35,078 bases of DNA from a virus (taxonomy: Duplodnaviria > Caudoviricetes), in IMG/VR virus record IMGVR_UViG_3300032218_002070, positions 1 to 35,078 of that record. One strand, written 5' to 3'. Under the pieces are notes generated by a model. That model saw only the letters and a program-made list of their open reading frames with translations. It had not been told where the DNA came from and made no database searches. The position numbers were made by a program, and so were the translations under genes. This document shows positions 9,348 to 17,778 of this stretch, in pieces. The first letter of the stretch is position 1. Each line of letters starts with the position of its first letter.

Positions 9348-9533
9348 TTAACTATTTAGATCATCTAACATTAAAGAGGATACTGTTTCTTGTTGTTTCA
9401 TATAGAGTTTTACATAACACTTACATAAATTTCTCATTAAATCTATGTTAGTACAAGTATCAAGTTCTCTTGAAATTTTTTCAAACTCAAATAATTTGGA
9501 AATACTTTCAAGTTTTAACTCTTCATGATCCAT
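9348..9533 (-). CDS. Small helical protein, NblA-like (phycobilisome degradation adaptor candidate)
   Basis: 61 aa with a predicted helix-loop-helix. Pattern L.L.S.S..F.F....R.LD.......LR......Y.K.Y.KQQE has similar size and hydrophobic spacing to NblA. The ORF is credible (overlaps the upstream ORF); the family call is by eye only. Confidence 0.45.
   Translation of the reverse strand: MDHEELKLESISKLFEFEKISRELDTCTNIDLMRNLCKCYVKLYMKQQETVSSLMLDDLNS
9353..9360 (-). promoter_or_regulatory. Late promoter (TCTAAATA) upstream of g13
   Basis: TAAATA core 19 nt before the g13 ATG, inside the last codons of the 61-aa ORF. Confidence 0.65.
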
Positions 9534-9756
9534 TAGATATTTCCTTTAATAAAGATTTAATTTCTTCTATAGAAGATTTTAACTCAGTAAGATCTGATTC
9601 CATTTTATCAATTCTTTGTTTTTCTAATGTTCTTTTTTGTTTGTTTAAATTATATTGATTAAATGATAATGTGTCTGTATTAATTATAGCATTACTGTTT
9701 AAATCTCTTAATAAATTTGGATGCCCTTCAACTTTCGCATATTTATTATTTATCAT
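9523..9756 (-). CDS. Hypothetical protein with C-terminal coiled coil (typical after the VrlC-like gene in T4-like phages)
   Basis: KVEGHPNLLRD..SNAIINTD then heptad-rich IDKMESDLTELKSSIEEIKSLL. ATGA overlap with the upstream gene. Confidence 0.8.
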   Translation of the reverse strand: MINNKYAKVEGHPNLLRDLNSNAIINTDTLSFNQYNLNKQKRTLEKQRIDKMESDLTELKSSIEEIKSLLKEISNGS

Positions 9757-12700
9757 TGTAGGGCAATTGCTCTAAAATCTTTAATTAATGGTGAATTTGC
9801 TTGATTTGTGCTAGTTCCAATAATTTTAATTGCAAACCCAGTAAATGGTGAAAGATTATTAATAGTAAATGTATAATCAAGATACTCATCATTTAAACTA
9901 CTTCTTACATTAGAATCTGGTTTCCCATTATTATTTGCAGAATTCACAACATGTCTATTAACATCTAAATTATCATATCCAGGGAATAATTGCCAAATTT
10001 GTTGAGAATCTGGAACACTATTTGTAAAAATTTTATAAAGAACTCTAATATCTGAAGATGAATTTCTATATGCAGATAAAAGCACTTTTAATGAAGTAGA
10101 TGATTGATTAAGATCAACTTTATTTGAAATATAAACAAAATTATTAGGATCTTCAATATCAGAATTTACTCTATTATCTGTTGGGTATGAGGATATTCCA
10201 ACTGGTTGACTAATATTATAAATTTTTGTTGTAACAAAATTTTGTGTTAAATCTATAAGTGGAGAAACATTGGAATCTGTTGTCTCAAGATTTAATTCTA
10301 AAGTGAATGATTTATTGCCAATAAATTGAGTTGAATTGAGATATTGAGATTCATTTATAGATGAAGCCACCATTCTTGGTTCATTAAATTTAGTGGCACT
10401 TGTAATACCAATAGATTTATATCCTAAATCTGAGAAAGAAACTTCAGAACCTCTTCCTCCATTAGAATCATTAACACTAGTTGCTGTTATAGATCTAATT
10501 GAAGATGAAACATTAGTATTATTAAATTGAGTAACTAATCCATCATTTAATTTTATCTCACCAAATACTTTATTTTTGGAAGCATATACATTAGATCCTC
10601 CACCAGTTTTTGTAGAAGTAAAAGAAGATCCTGCAGAAACTTGAATATAATAAGTATCTAATGTTGAAATTGGATTAGATGCAATCGTGTGTTGGGTATT
10701 AATTCTTGCCAAAGAAACATTATTGTATTCATACTTATAAACAAAATCTCCAGTTGTATGATATTCTGGTTGTGTACCATACATTCCTCTAGTAATGTTT
10801 ATAAGTTGATTGACATTAAATCCTTCAAATTTAATAATTTCATTTCCAATTTGAATATATCCTGGATTGGATGGACTTACATTAGATCCTTCAAATGTTG
10901 TAAAGATTGAAGTGCTTGCCACACTAATAGGACCAGATGCAGTGCTTGCATAAGATACTGTTAATGTTGATGGTAAACTATCAGTCATTACACCAATTAT
11001 TTCAACCTTATTATTAGGTGAATACATTCCATGATTTGGATGGAAAACTAAAATATGTCTTCCATCACTTAAGTCTGAACTGGTTGAAGAAATTGCAGTT
11101 ATAGGATCATTTGGCAATCTATTTTCTATAGATCTTGTTTCTGTAGTAGAATTATAGAATTTTACAGTTCCTGATGTTGGAGCAAAGTTTGCTTTCTTTA
11201 AAGTAAATTTAAGATCTTCTATTGGACTTGGAACCCAAGTAGTACCATTTTGAGATTTAAATAAAGTTCCTAAAGAAGGTTGTCTAGTAATGAAAATTTT
11301 GTTTATTGTGGAAGAATTTATTGTAGAAATATCTTCATCTCCAATACTAGAAATCCATACTTGATATGCATTTGAATCTGTAGTTAATACTAATGCATAT
11401 TCAGCATTTCCATTTAATCTAACAAGATTGTCAAAAGTAAATGTAGTTGCTACACTAGCATCATTACTTATATTTACTTGAGATGCTGATAATGTTTTTC
11501 TTAATTTTGGAATAAGTTTATCTGGTCCTCCAGGAGTTCCAAAAGATACTTCTCTAATTTCCAAAGTAACTGGAAGAGTAGAATCTTTACTATAAAAATA
11601 AACATCTACTGAAGTAGGAATAATTCCATTAGTTTCTGATACATTAAATGTTTGTGCAAGAGGATCTCCATACACAAATGTAGTTGTTGCTACTTCAGAT
11701 CCACTAGAAGTAAAAACAGCAGAAGCAGAACTATCTGCAACTTCTCCAGAAACTTTTGATGTTGGAGAATAAACATTTAAATCTAAATTAGTATTTCCAG
11801 TTCTAAATTGATCTTCTTCCCTAATCCAAACACTTCCAATTAATACTCCTTCTTCATTAGTAATTAATCTTACATCAGAAACAGTTGCAACAGCTTGACT
11901 TGTTCTTCCTGTTACACTATTTCCTTGTTGAATATTTCCCCAATATCCACTTATATCATTTCTAGAAAGAGAAAGAACATCAATATTTAAAAGAGTTGAT
12001 TGATTTCCATATTGAGATGAAATTCCAACTGAGGGATTGTATGGATTGTATGTAAATATTAAAGTTGGTGCATCAATAGGACCAGATTTATGATTTGGTT
12101 GGCAAATTTTAAATGAACAAATTACTGTGCCACTGGAATCTTTAACATCTGCAACTTCTCCAACTTGAAATGTTCCTGTAACATTTGAAATTTCTAATAA
12201 CTTAGGAAATGCTGATGATTGTGTAGAAGTTTCTGTTTTTGATAAAGTTCTACCATCAAACAAAAGTTTAAATCTGGTATTTGGTTTTAGTCTAATTGCA
12301 GTGAAATCTATATTTCTAGTTCTAATGTAAGGAACATTTCTATTTTCTGTTGTAACTACAGTTGGATGATGTCCCCATATACCAACTGTTTCACTAACTG
12401 AAGTAGTCCAAACATCTCTAGATGGATTTAATTCTATAAATCCTTGCCAAGTAATAATATTAAATGGATTAATATTAGTTACTTTACTTGCAAAGGGTTG
12501 AGAAAATTGAGTTGTTTCGCTATAGTTTAGTGATAAAGTGCTTCCTGTTCTTTTTATATTTGTGGAAGTTGTATCGTTTATGTTTATTTCTGAAATTGGA
12601 GTAGTATTATTAGTATAGAATAAAGATAAATCTATTCTATCTTCATGCTTAGTTGCGCTTAATTCATTATTACTAATTAATGCTCCATATGAAACATTTT

Positions 12701-15700
12701 CTAAATTAGATAATAAGTACCCAGAAAAATCATTTACAAAAAAACCAGTTTTAAATCTATTAAACCCATTTTCATCTTCAATTAAAAGATTTTGAGTATT
12801 TGTTTCTAATAATGACAATGTTGTATAATATTCTAAATTAGAAACTCTATTTTCAATGGTCCTTAAATCTGACATAGTATATCGTTTATTGTCAGTTAAA
12901 ATGATCTTAACATCATTTGTTACATCATATACATATGGACCAGAAACTATAGTAGCAACATCTAAAACTTCAGATGATAAAGATGGAGGAATTGGTGTTT
13001 GACTAGGATCTCCCAAAACTAAATTAAAGACTCCATCTTTGGAAAGAGTTAATTTGTCAGTTCTTGGTAAGTAAAAATCATAATCAAAAATAAAGTTTTC
13101 ATTAGATGCTATAATTTGAGTTGGATTATTTTGTCCAGTATAAAAATATCTTGATATAAAATCGAATGGACTTGATGATGATGCATTAGGATCATAAGCA
13201 GTGACTTTTGGTCTTATATCAATAATATCTGTATTTCTAATACCAGCATAAGATGGTATTTTAGTTCCATATAAATTTAATGGATAACTATTGGTTGCAA
13301 TAATATCTCCATAATCTGTAGAATTAAAATCAAAATAATCAAATACAATTGTTAATCTTCCAAAAGGTTCTTTAGAAGAATTTGATCTTACTATTCTACC
13401 AAAGTCATAATAATGTTTTCTTTGACCATTATCTAAAGTAAATCTATCTAAGATATTTTGATCTCCTGCAGTTATAGATGCTACATTTGCAGTATATCCA
13501 CTTTCTTTAAATGAGATACTTTCTCCTAAAATAAATGCATTATTATTTTTGTAAATAAAGTATATTTGAGTAGATGCTTTAGATTTTGCATAAACAGCAA
13601 CAGCACCAGAAGTAGATCCTACTACCAACTCACCAACAACTAAGTCACTAGTTTTAGAATTAGGACTATTCAAACCATTAAAAGATAAATTAGGTAAGGT
13701 TGGATTTGATGAAGTGGAAGATTCAAATACACCATGAACTTCAACAATATCTCCAACATTTAAACTAATTTGATCATCTTCAACCCTTGTTCCATAAATG
13801 CTGGTATACGCTAATCCAACATTTGTAGATGGATTGTATTTGGTATTGCTAACAGTTATAAAACTAGACCTTTGTAACTTTTTGGATTTTTGAGTTACAT
13901 TAGATTTAATTTGAGTTGAAATGACTTTACATGGACCTGCAACAGAACTTAAGTTGGTAAATGTTGCAGTTTTTCCTCCATTAGTAATAATAAAAGTTGC
14001 ATTATCTAAGTTTTCTAAAGAACCATCTGCATTTGCAACTACATACCTACTAGCATCATAAGTTGCATAAACATAATCTGTTCCTGATAAATCTGGAAGA
14101 TTTAAAGTAGTAGAAGATTTAGTTACACTATTAAATACTTTTACATAAACATTAGAATTTAAGAAATTAATATTAGCAATATTTTTATCATTTAATTCTG
14201 AATAGAATGATGAATTATTTTCAATTATTTGAGGTCTAATAACAGAAATAGATTGTAATGTAGTACTAGTTCCAAGATCTCCTGTACATACATTTGATAC
14301 TGTAGAAACACCAGAAATATTAATTTGATCTTGTAAAGTATATACTGATGTGATTCCAGCAAAAACATATGAGCTGAACCCAACTTGAGTATATTTAATT
14401 ACATCATTTACTTTTAAATTTGATGCAAATGGAGAACCATTATTAGACCTAATGCTTGCAGATGAACCATCTGAAGTTAGAGTAAATGGTCCAGTCAAAG
14501 TTGTTTCTACATTCAATAAAGCATCTGCAGTAAATATATTATTAACTGAAATGGATTTAATATCAGATGTGTTATAATTGATAAAAGTTCCAATTGAAAC
14601 AGTAGAATTAACTCCATTTACTATTAAAGTTTCATTGGGAATAAAATTACCAGAAACTTGATAAACATTAATAGTACTTGGTAAAGTGCTTGTTATATAA
14701 GCAGTTGCCCCACTATTTGACCCTTTGATATAATCTCCAACAACAACTGGATCAAGCACGGAATCTGTCAATATAGACCCATACATTTGAATATCAAATA
14801 ACCTTAAATCATATTGACTTGATGGATTTTGATTTGATGTTAAATATGATGAAAAATCATATGCTCTTGCTACTCCAATTTGAGTTCCATTAGTGGAACC
14901 ATTGGATAATCTTTGATTATATAAAGGAATAGTTACATCAGTAGTTAACCCAATATTTAAAACACTCTTTGCATTATTAACTCTTAATAATTTCCCAGCA
15001 TAAAAACTCGAAGATGAACTTTCTACATGCTTAGTAGTTCTTGGTTTGGGGAAACTTAAAAGTGATGTATTTGTAGGAACTTCATATCCTTTAACATATG
15101 CTTTTCCTGGTGATACTTTAAGAACACCAACATCTTCTGATGGAGATGATGTTCCAATACCAGATTGACCTGGATAATAAAGACCTTTATTTCCAAGATA
15201 GTTATTTAATGATTCTAATAATTCAACATTAAAAGGACTTACATAATAATTTCCAGACTCATCAAAAGTCCTTCTTGCTAAAATATCAGTAATATAAGAA
15301 CTATCAGTTTGGTTAGCAATTGGAATTAAAGTTCCATTTTCAACTCTAAAAAGTTCTATAAAATTATCATCATTAAAATCAGTTAATTCTTTTGAAATTA
15401 AAGTTAAAGAAATTTTAAATCTATCTGCTCCAGGTGCAGCATAGTTTGAAAATCCTTGTGCATTATCATTTAAAGAAGAATCTTCTGTAGAATCTATAAT
15501 ATTTTCTTCAATTAATAAACCTACCCTACATGAAGGAGTATTGTTATATTGATTTAAAAGAATACTATCTTTTGCAATATTTACAAAATATCCTCTAACA
15601 AAATAGATTCCATCTTCAATTTTTGCAGCAGAAGCAACTGAAGTTGCTTTTCTATCTATAGGTGAAAGTAGTTTTGCAACAGAAGTTCCATTTAAAAATG

Positions 15701-16184
15701 GAGTTCCTGAAATATTTACATCTGATGTTAAAGATAATTCTTCACCATCTTGAAATTTAGAAGTATTAAAATCAGTAGAAGATGAATTTTGATATTTTAC
15801 ATAAAAAGTAGTGCTTCCTCTAACAGAATCATTTTTAGAAAGTACACTTTCAACTTTTGCACTTATATTGGAAGTATTTCCTTTTAATATTAATCCTACA
15901 AAAGATTCAAAATAATCTTCTACATTACTTCCTTTATAAGTACTTTCAACTTCTACTGCATCAATAGATGAATCATATGCAAAACCACCAGGAACAACTA
16001 CAGTATTTTTTTTAAAAAAAGCACTTCCTAATTTTTCAATTTGATTTTGAAGAATTGATTGAAGAGTCGTTAATTCCCTTGCCTGAACAGTTACTCCAGG
16101 TTTAAAAAGAACTTTATAAAAGTTCTTTGAGTCATTAAAATCATCATAATAAGGATTTTTATTTAAGTTAGTGCTTTGTGGCAT
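9753..16184 (-). CDS. Large virion structural protein, VrlC/DUF4815-like
   Basis: 2143 aa. Motifs MPQ.TNLN..PYYDDF...KNFYKVLFKPG..VQARELTTLQSILQNQ, DNAQGFSNYAAPGADR, LARRTFDESGNY, RYTM.D...IE.RV..LEYYT.LSLLE, DPLAQTF, GTLFKSQN and terminal DFRAIAL. Follows g8. Confidence 0.88.
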   Translation of the reverse strand: MPQSTNLNKNPYYDDFNDSKNFYKVLFKPGVTVQARELTTLQSILQNQIEKLGSAFFKKNTVVVPGGFAYDSSIDAVEVESTYKGSNVEDYFESFVGLILKGNTSNISAKVESVLSKNDSVRGSTTFYVKYQNSSSTDFNTSKFQDGEELSLTSDVNISGTPFLNGTSVAKLLSPIDRKATSVASAAKIEDGIYFVRGYFVNIAKDSILLNQYNNTPSCRVGLLIEENIIDSTEDSSLNDNAQGFSNYAAPGADRFKISLTLISKELTDFNDDNFIELFRVENGTLIPIANQTDSSYITDILARRTFDESGNYYVSPFNVELLESLNNYLGNKGLYYPGQSGIGTSSPSEDVGVLKVSPGKAYVKGYEVPTNTSLLSFPKPRTTKHVESSSSSFYAGKLLRVNNAKSVLNIGLTTDVTIPLYNQRLSNGSTNGTQIGVARAYDFSSYLTSNQNPSSQYDLRLFDIQMYGSILTDSVLDPVVVGDYIKGSNSGATAYITSTLPSTINVYQVSGNFIPNETLIVNGVNSTVSIGTFINYNTSDIKSISVNNIFTADALLNVETTLTGPFTLTSDGSSASIRSNNGSPFASNLKVNDVIKYTQVGFSSYVFAGITSVYTLQDQINISGVSTVSNVCTGDLGTSTTLQSISVIRPQIIENNSSFYSELNDKNIANINFLNSNVYVKVFNSVTKSSTTLNLPDLSGTDYVYATYDASRYVVANADGSLENLDNATFIITNGGKTATFTNLSSVAGPCKVISTQIKSNVTQKSKKLQRSSFITVSNTKYNPSTNVGLAYTSIYGTRVEDDQISLNVGDIVEVHGVFESSTSSNPTLPNLSFNGLNSPNSKTSDLVVGELVVGSTSGAVAVYAKSKASTQIYFIYKNNNAFILGESISFKESGYTANVASITAGDQNILDRFTLDNGQRKHYYDFGRIVRSNSSKEPFGRLTIVFDYFDFNSTDYGDIIATNSYPLNLYGTKIPSYAGIRNTDIIDIRPKVTAYDPNASSSSPFDFISRYFYTGQNNPTQIIASNENFIFDYDFYLPRTDKLTLSKDGVFNLVLGDPSQTPIPPSLSSEVLDVATIVSGPYVYDVTNDVKIILTDNKRYTMSDLRTIENRVSNLEYYTTLSLLETNTQNLLIEDENGFNRFKTGFFVNDFSGYLLSNLENVSYGALISNNELSATKHEDRIDLSLFYTNNTTPISEININDTTSTNIKRTGSTLSLNYSETTQFSQPFASKVTNINPFNIITWQGFIELNPSRDVWTTSVSETVGIWGHHPTVVTTENRNVPYIRTRNIDFTAIRLKPNTRFKLLFDGRTLSKTETSTQSSAFPKLLEISNVTGTFQVGEVADVKDSSGTVICSFKICQPNHKSGPIDAPTLIFTYNPYNPSVGISSQYGNQSTLLNIDVLSLSRNDISGYWGNIQQGNSVTGRTSQAVATVSDVRLITNEEGVLIGSVWIREEDQFRTGNTNLDLNVYSPTSKVSGEVADSSASAVFTSSGSEVATTTFVYGDPLAQTFNVSETNGIIPTSVDVYFYSKDSTLPVTLEIREVSFGTPGGPDKLIPKLRKTLSASQVNISNDASVATTFTFDNLVRLNGNAEYALVLTTDSNAYQVWISSIGDEDISTINSSTINKIFITRQPSLGTLFKSQNGTTWVPSPIEDLKFTLKKANFAPTSGTVKFYNSTTETRSIENRLPNDPITAISSTSSDLSDGRHILVFHPNHGMYSPNNKVEIIGVMTDSLPSTLTVSYASTASGPISVASTSIFTTFEGSNVSPSNPGYIQIGNEIIKFEGFNVNQLINITRGMYGTQPEYHTTGDFVYKYEYNNVSLARINTQHTIASNPISTLDTYYIQVSAGSSFTSTKTGGGSNVYASKNKVFGEIKLNDGLVTQFNNTNVSSSIRSITATSVNDSNGGRGSEVSFSDLGYKSIGITSATKFNEPRMVASSINESQYLNSTQFIGNKSFTLELNLETTDSNVSPLIDLTQNFVTTKIYNISQPVGISSYPTDNRVNSDIEDPNNFVYISNKVDLNQSSTSLKVLLSAYRNSSSDIRVLYKIFTNSVPDSQQIWQLFPGYDNLDVNRHVVNSANNNGKPDSNVRSSLNDEYLDYTFTINNLSPFTGFAIKIIGTSTNQANSPLIKDFRAIALQ

Positions 16185-16188
16185 TTTT

Positions 16189-17751
16189 TTAGAATTCTAA
16201 AATAATTTTAATATCTTCTCTTTGTTGTGATGATCTAGTTACAGACTCTCTATTGTCAACATAGATAATTTCACCACTCTTTATATTTATATCTGGATTT
16301 GAAAGACCATTTGAAAAATATTGTCCCAAATAGTAAGTTGTTCCACTTACATCTATAGTATTTGTTGGAGAAGATTGTCCAAAAGTAGTATCTATTGAAT
16401 AAGTATTTCCATTGATGGTAATAATAGTTCCATCAAAAGGATATAATCTATATTGAGAAGTTGTATTAATTCCAGAATGTGGATAATGCCAATCAAAAAC
16501 TATATTGTTTGAAGTTGGATATGTATCTATACAATTTGTTCTTGGTTGTATATATTTAAGAATTTTAGTAGTAATATCAAAACTAACTAAATTTCCTATA
16601 GCGTTGCTATTTCCTTGTGTGATTGTTGAATCATAAGGTTCTGTAAAACTAGTTACTGAATTTGACAACTTCATAGCATATACACCAGATCCACTATCAT
16701 CTGTAAATTTACTATCAGATTGATCATCTACTCCATTAGGAGTTAATCCTTTTATAATTCCTATTCTTGAAAATTGATTCCCAACAATAAAATCTGGATT
16801 AGTGGGATCATTTTCAATTCTACTGTAGATGAGAACTCTATGAGTGCCTAATTCTGTATAAATGTCTTTACCATGACCACCTGGAGGAGGAATAATTACA
16901 TTAAAAATTGCTTTGTTAGCAGAAGATGAAGGAATTACAGAATCTAAATCTAAAGTTGCAAAAGTATATCCACTTCCTCCATTTGTGACATCTACATATA
17001 ATGGTTTTTGATCTTCTCCAAATGTCACACTAGCAGTTCCTCCAACACCATCACCTTTAATTGGAATATTAGTAATAGTTCCATTTACATTATAAAGAGA
17101 ATTATTATCCTCAATTAAAATAGTTTCAATTTTTCCAGAAACTGCATTATCTCTAATTCTAGAAATTTCAGAATTTGATGAAGTTTTCCAATTATTTGGG
17201 ACACTAATATAATCTGTTGAATCATATTTTAAAACATCTGCTGGAGATAATGTATAAAGATATTTCCAAGTATATCCATCAGATTCTTTTTGTGGTTCTA
17301 AATCTGTATGAAGAGGTTGTTGTGTAGAAATTACACCTTTATTTTGATTTATAGGAGATGCCCCATTATTAATACAAATATACACTCTATATTCATTATT
17401 AACAACATAATATGAGGAATCATATAATCTAGTTGAATTAGTCACTGGTGTTTGATTATAAACTCCATAATCATGTCTATACATATCATATGTTTTACCA
17501 TATGCCCAAGAAATTTTTGGAATTACTCTAACTAAATTAGATGAAGTTAATTTTTTAACACCTAAAATATTATCTTTATATGAATTTAAATATAAAAAAT
17601 TATCCGTTGGATCTGGTCTAGAACTATCCCAATTTGGATAAAAACTTTGGGCATTAGGCAATCCTATAAAAATGTAGTAATCATTACTAGTTACATCGTT
17701 AATAAAATTAGTGCAATTCAATATTTTTAATTTATCTGTTACTATTGCCAT
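16189..17751 (-). CDS. g8: Baseplate wedge subunit gp8
   Basis: YDMYRHDY, YYVVNNEYRVYICINNG, DGYTWKYLYT, IIPPPGGHG and SGEIIYVDNR....R...QREDIKIILEF. Confidence 0.93.
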   Translation of the reverse strand: MAIVTDKLKILNCTNFINDVTSNDYYIFIGLPNAQSFYPNWDSSRPDPTDNFLYLNSYKDNILGVKKLTSSNLVRVIPKISWAYGKTYDMYRHDYGVYNQTPVTNSTRLYDSSYYVVNNEYRVYICINNGASPINQNKGVISTQQPLHTDLEPQKESDGYTWKYLYTLSPADVLKYDSTDYISVPNNWKTSSNSEISRIRDNAVSGKIETILIEDNNSLYNVNGTITNIPIKGDGVGGTASVTFGEDQKPLYVDVTNGGSGYTFATLDLDSVIPSSSANKAIFNVIIPPPGGHGKDIYTELGTHRVLIYSRIENDPTNPDFIVGNQFSRIGIIKGLTPNGVDDQSDSKFTDDSGSGVYAMKLSNSVTSFTEPYDSTITQGNSNAIGNLVSFDITTKILKYIQPRTNCIDTYPTSNNIVFDWHYPHSGINTTSQYRLYPFDGTIITINGNTYSIDTTFGQSSPTNTIDVSGTTYYLGQYFSNGLSNPDINIKSGEIIYVDNRESVTRSSQQREDIKIILEF

Positions 17752-17770
17752 TTTAGTGTCTATTTTATGT

Positions 17771-17778
17771 TATTTATT
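17771..17778 (-). promoter_or_regulatory. Late promoter (AATAAATA) upstream of g8
   Basis: Minus-strand AATAAATA in the short gap, 19 nt before the g8 ATG. Confidence 0.75.

Noticed and set aside
16006-16020. T8A7 run, a potential slippery site (GCT TTT TTT AAA AAA AAT) early in the VrlC-like gene
   Set aside because: A -1 shift in the U-run meets TAA at once, no stimulatory structure is evident, and such runs are expected in AT-rich DNA.
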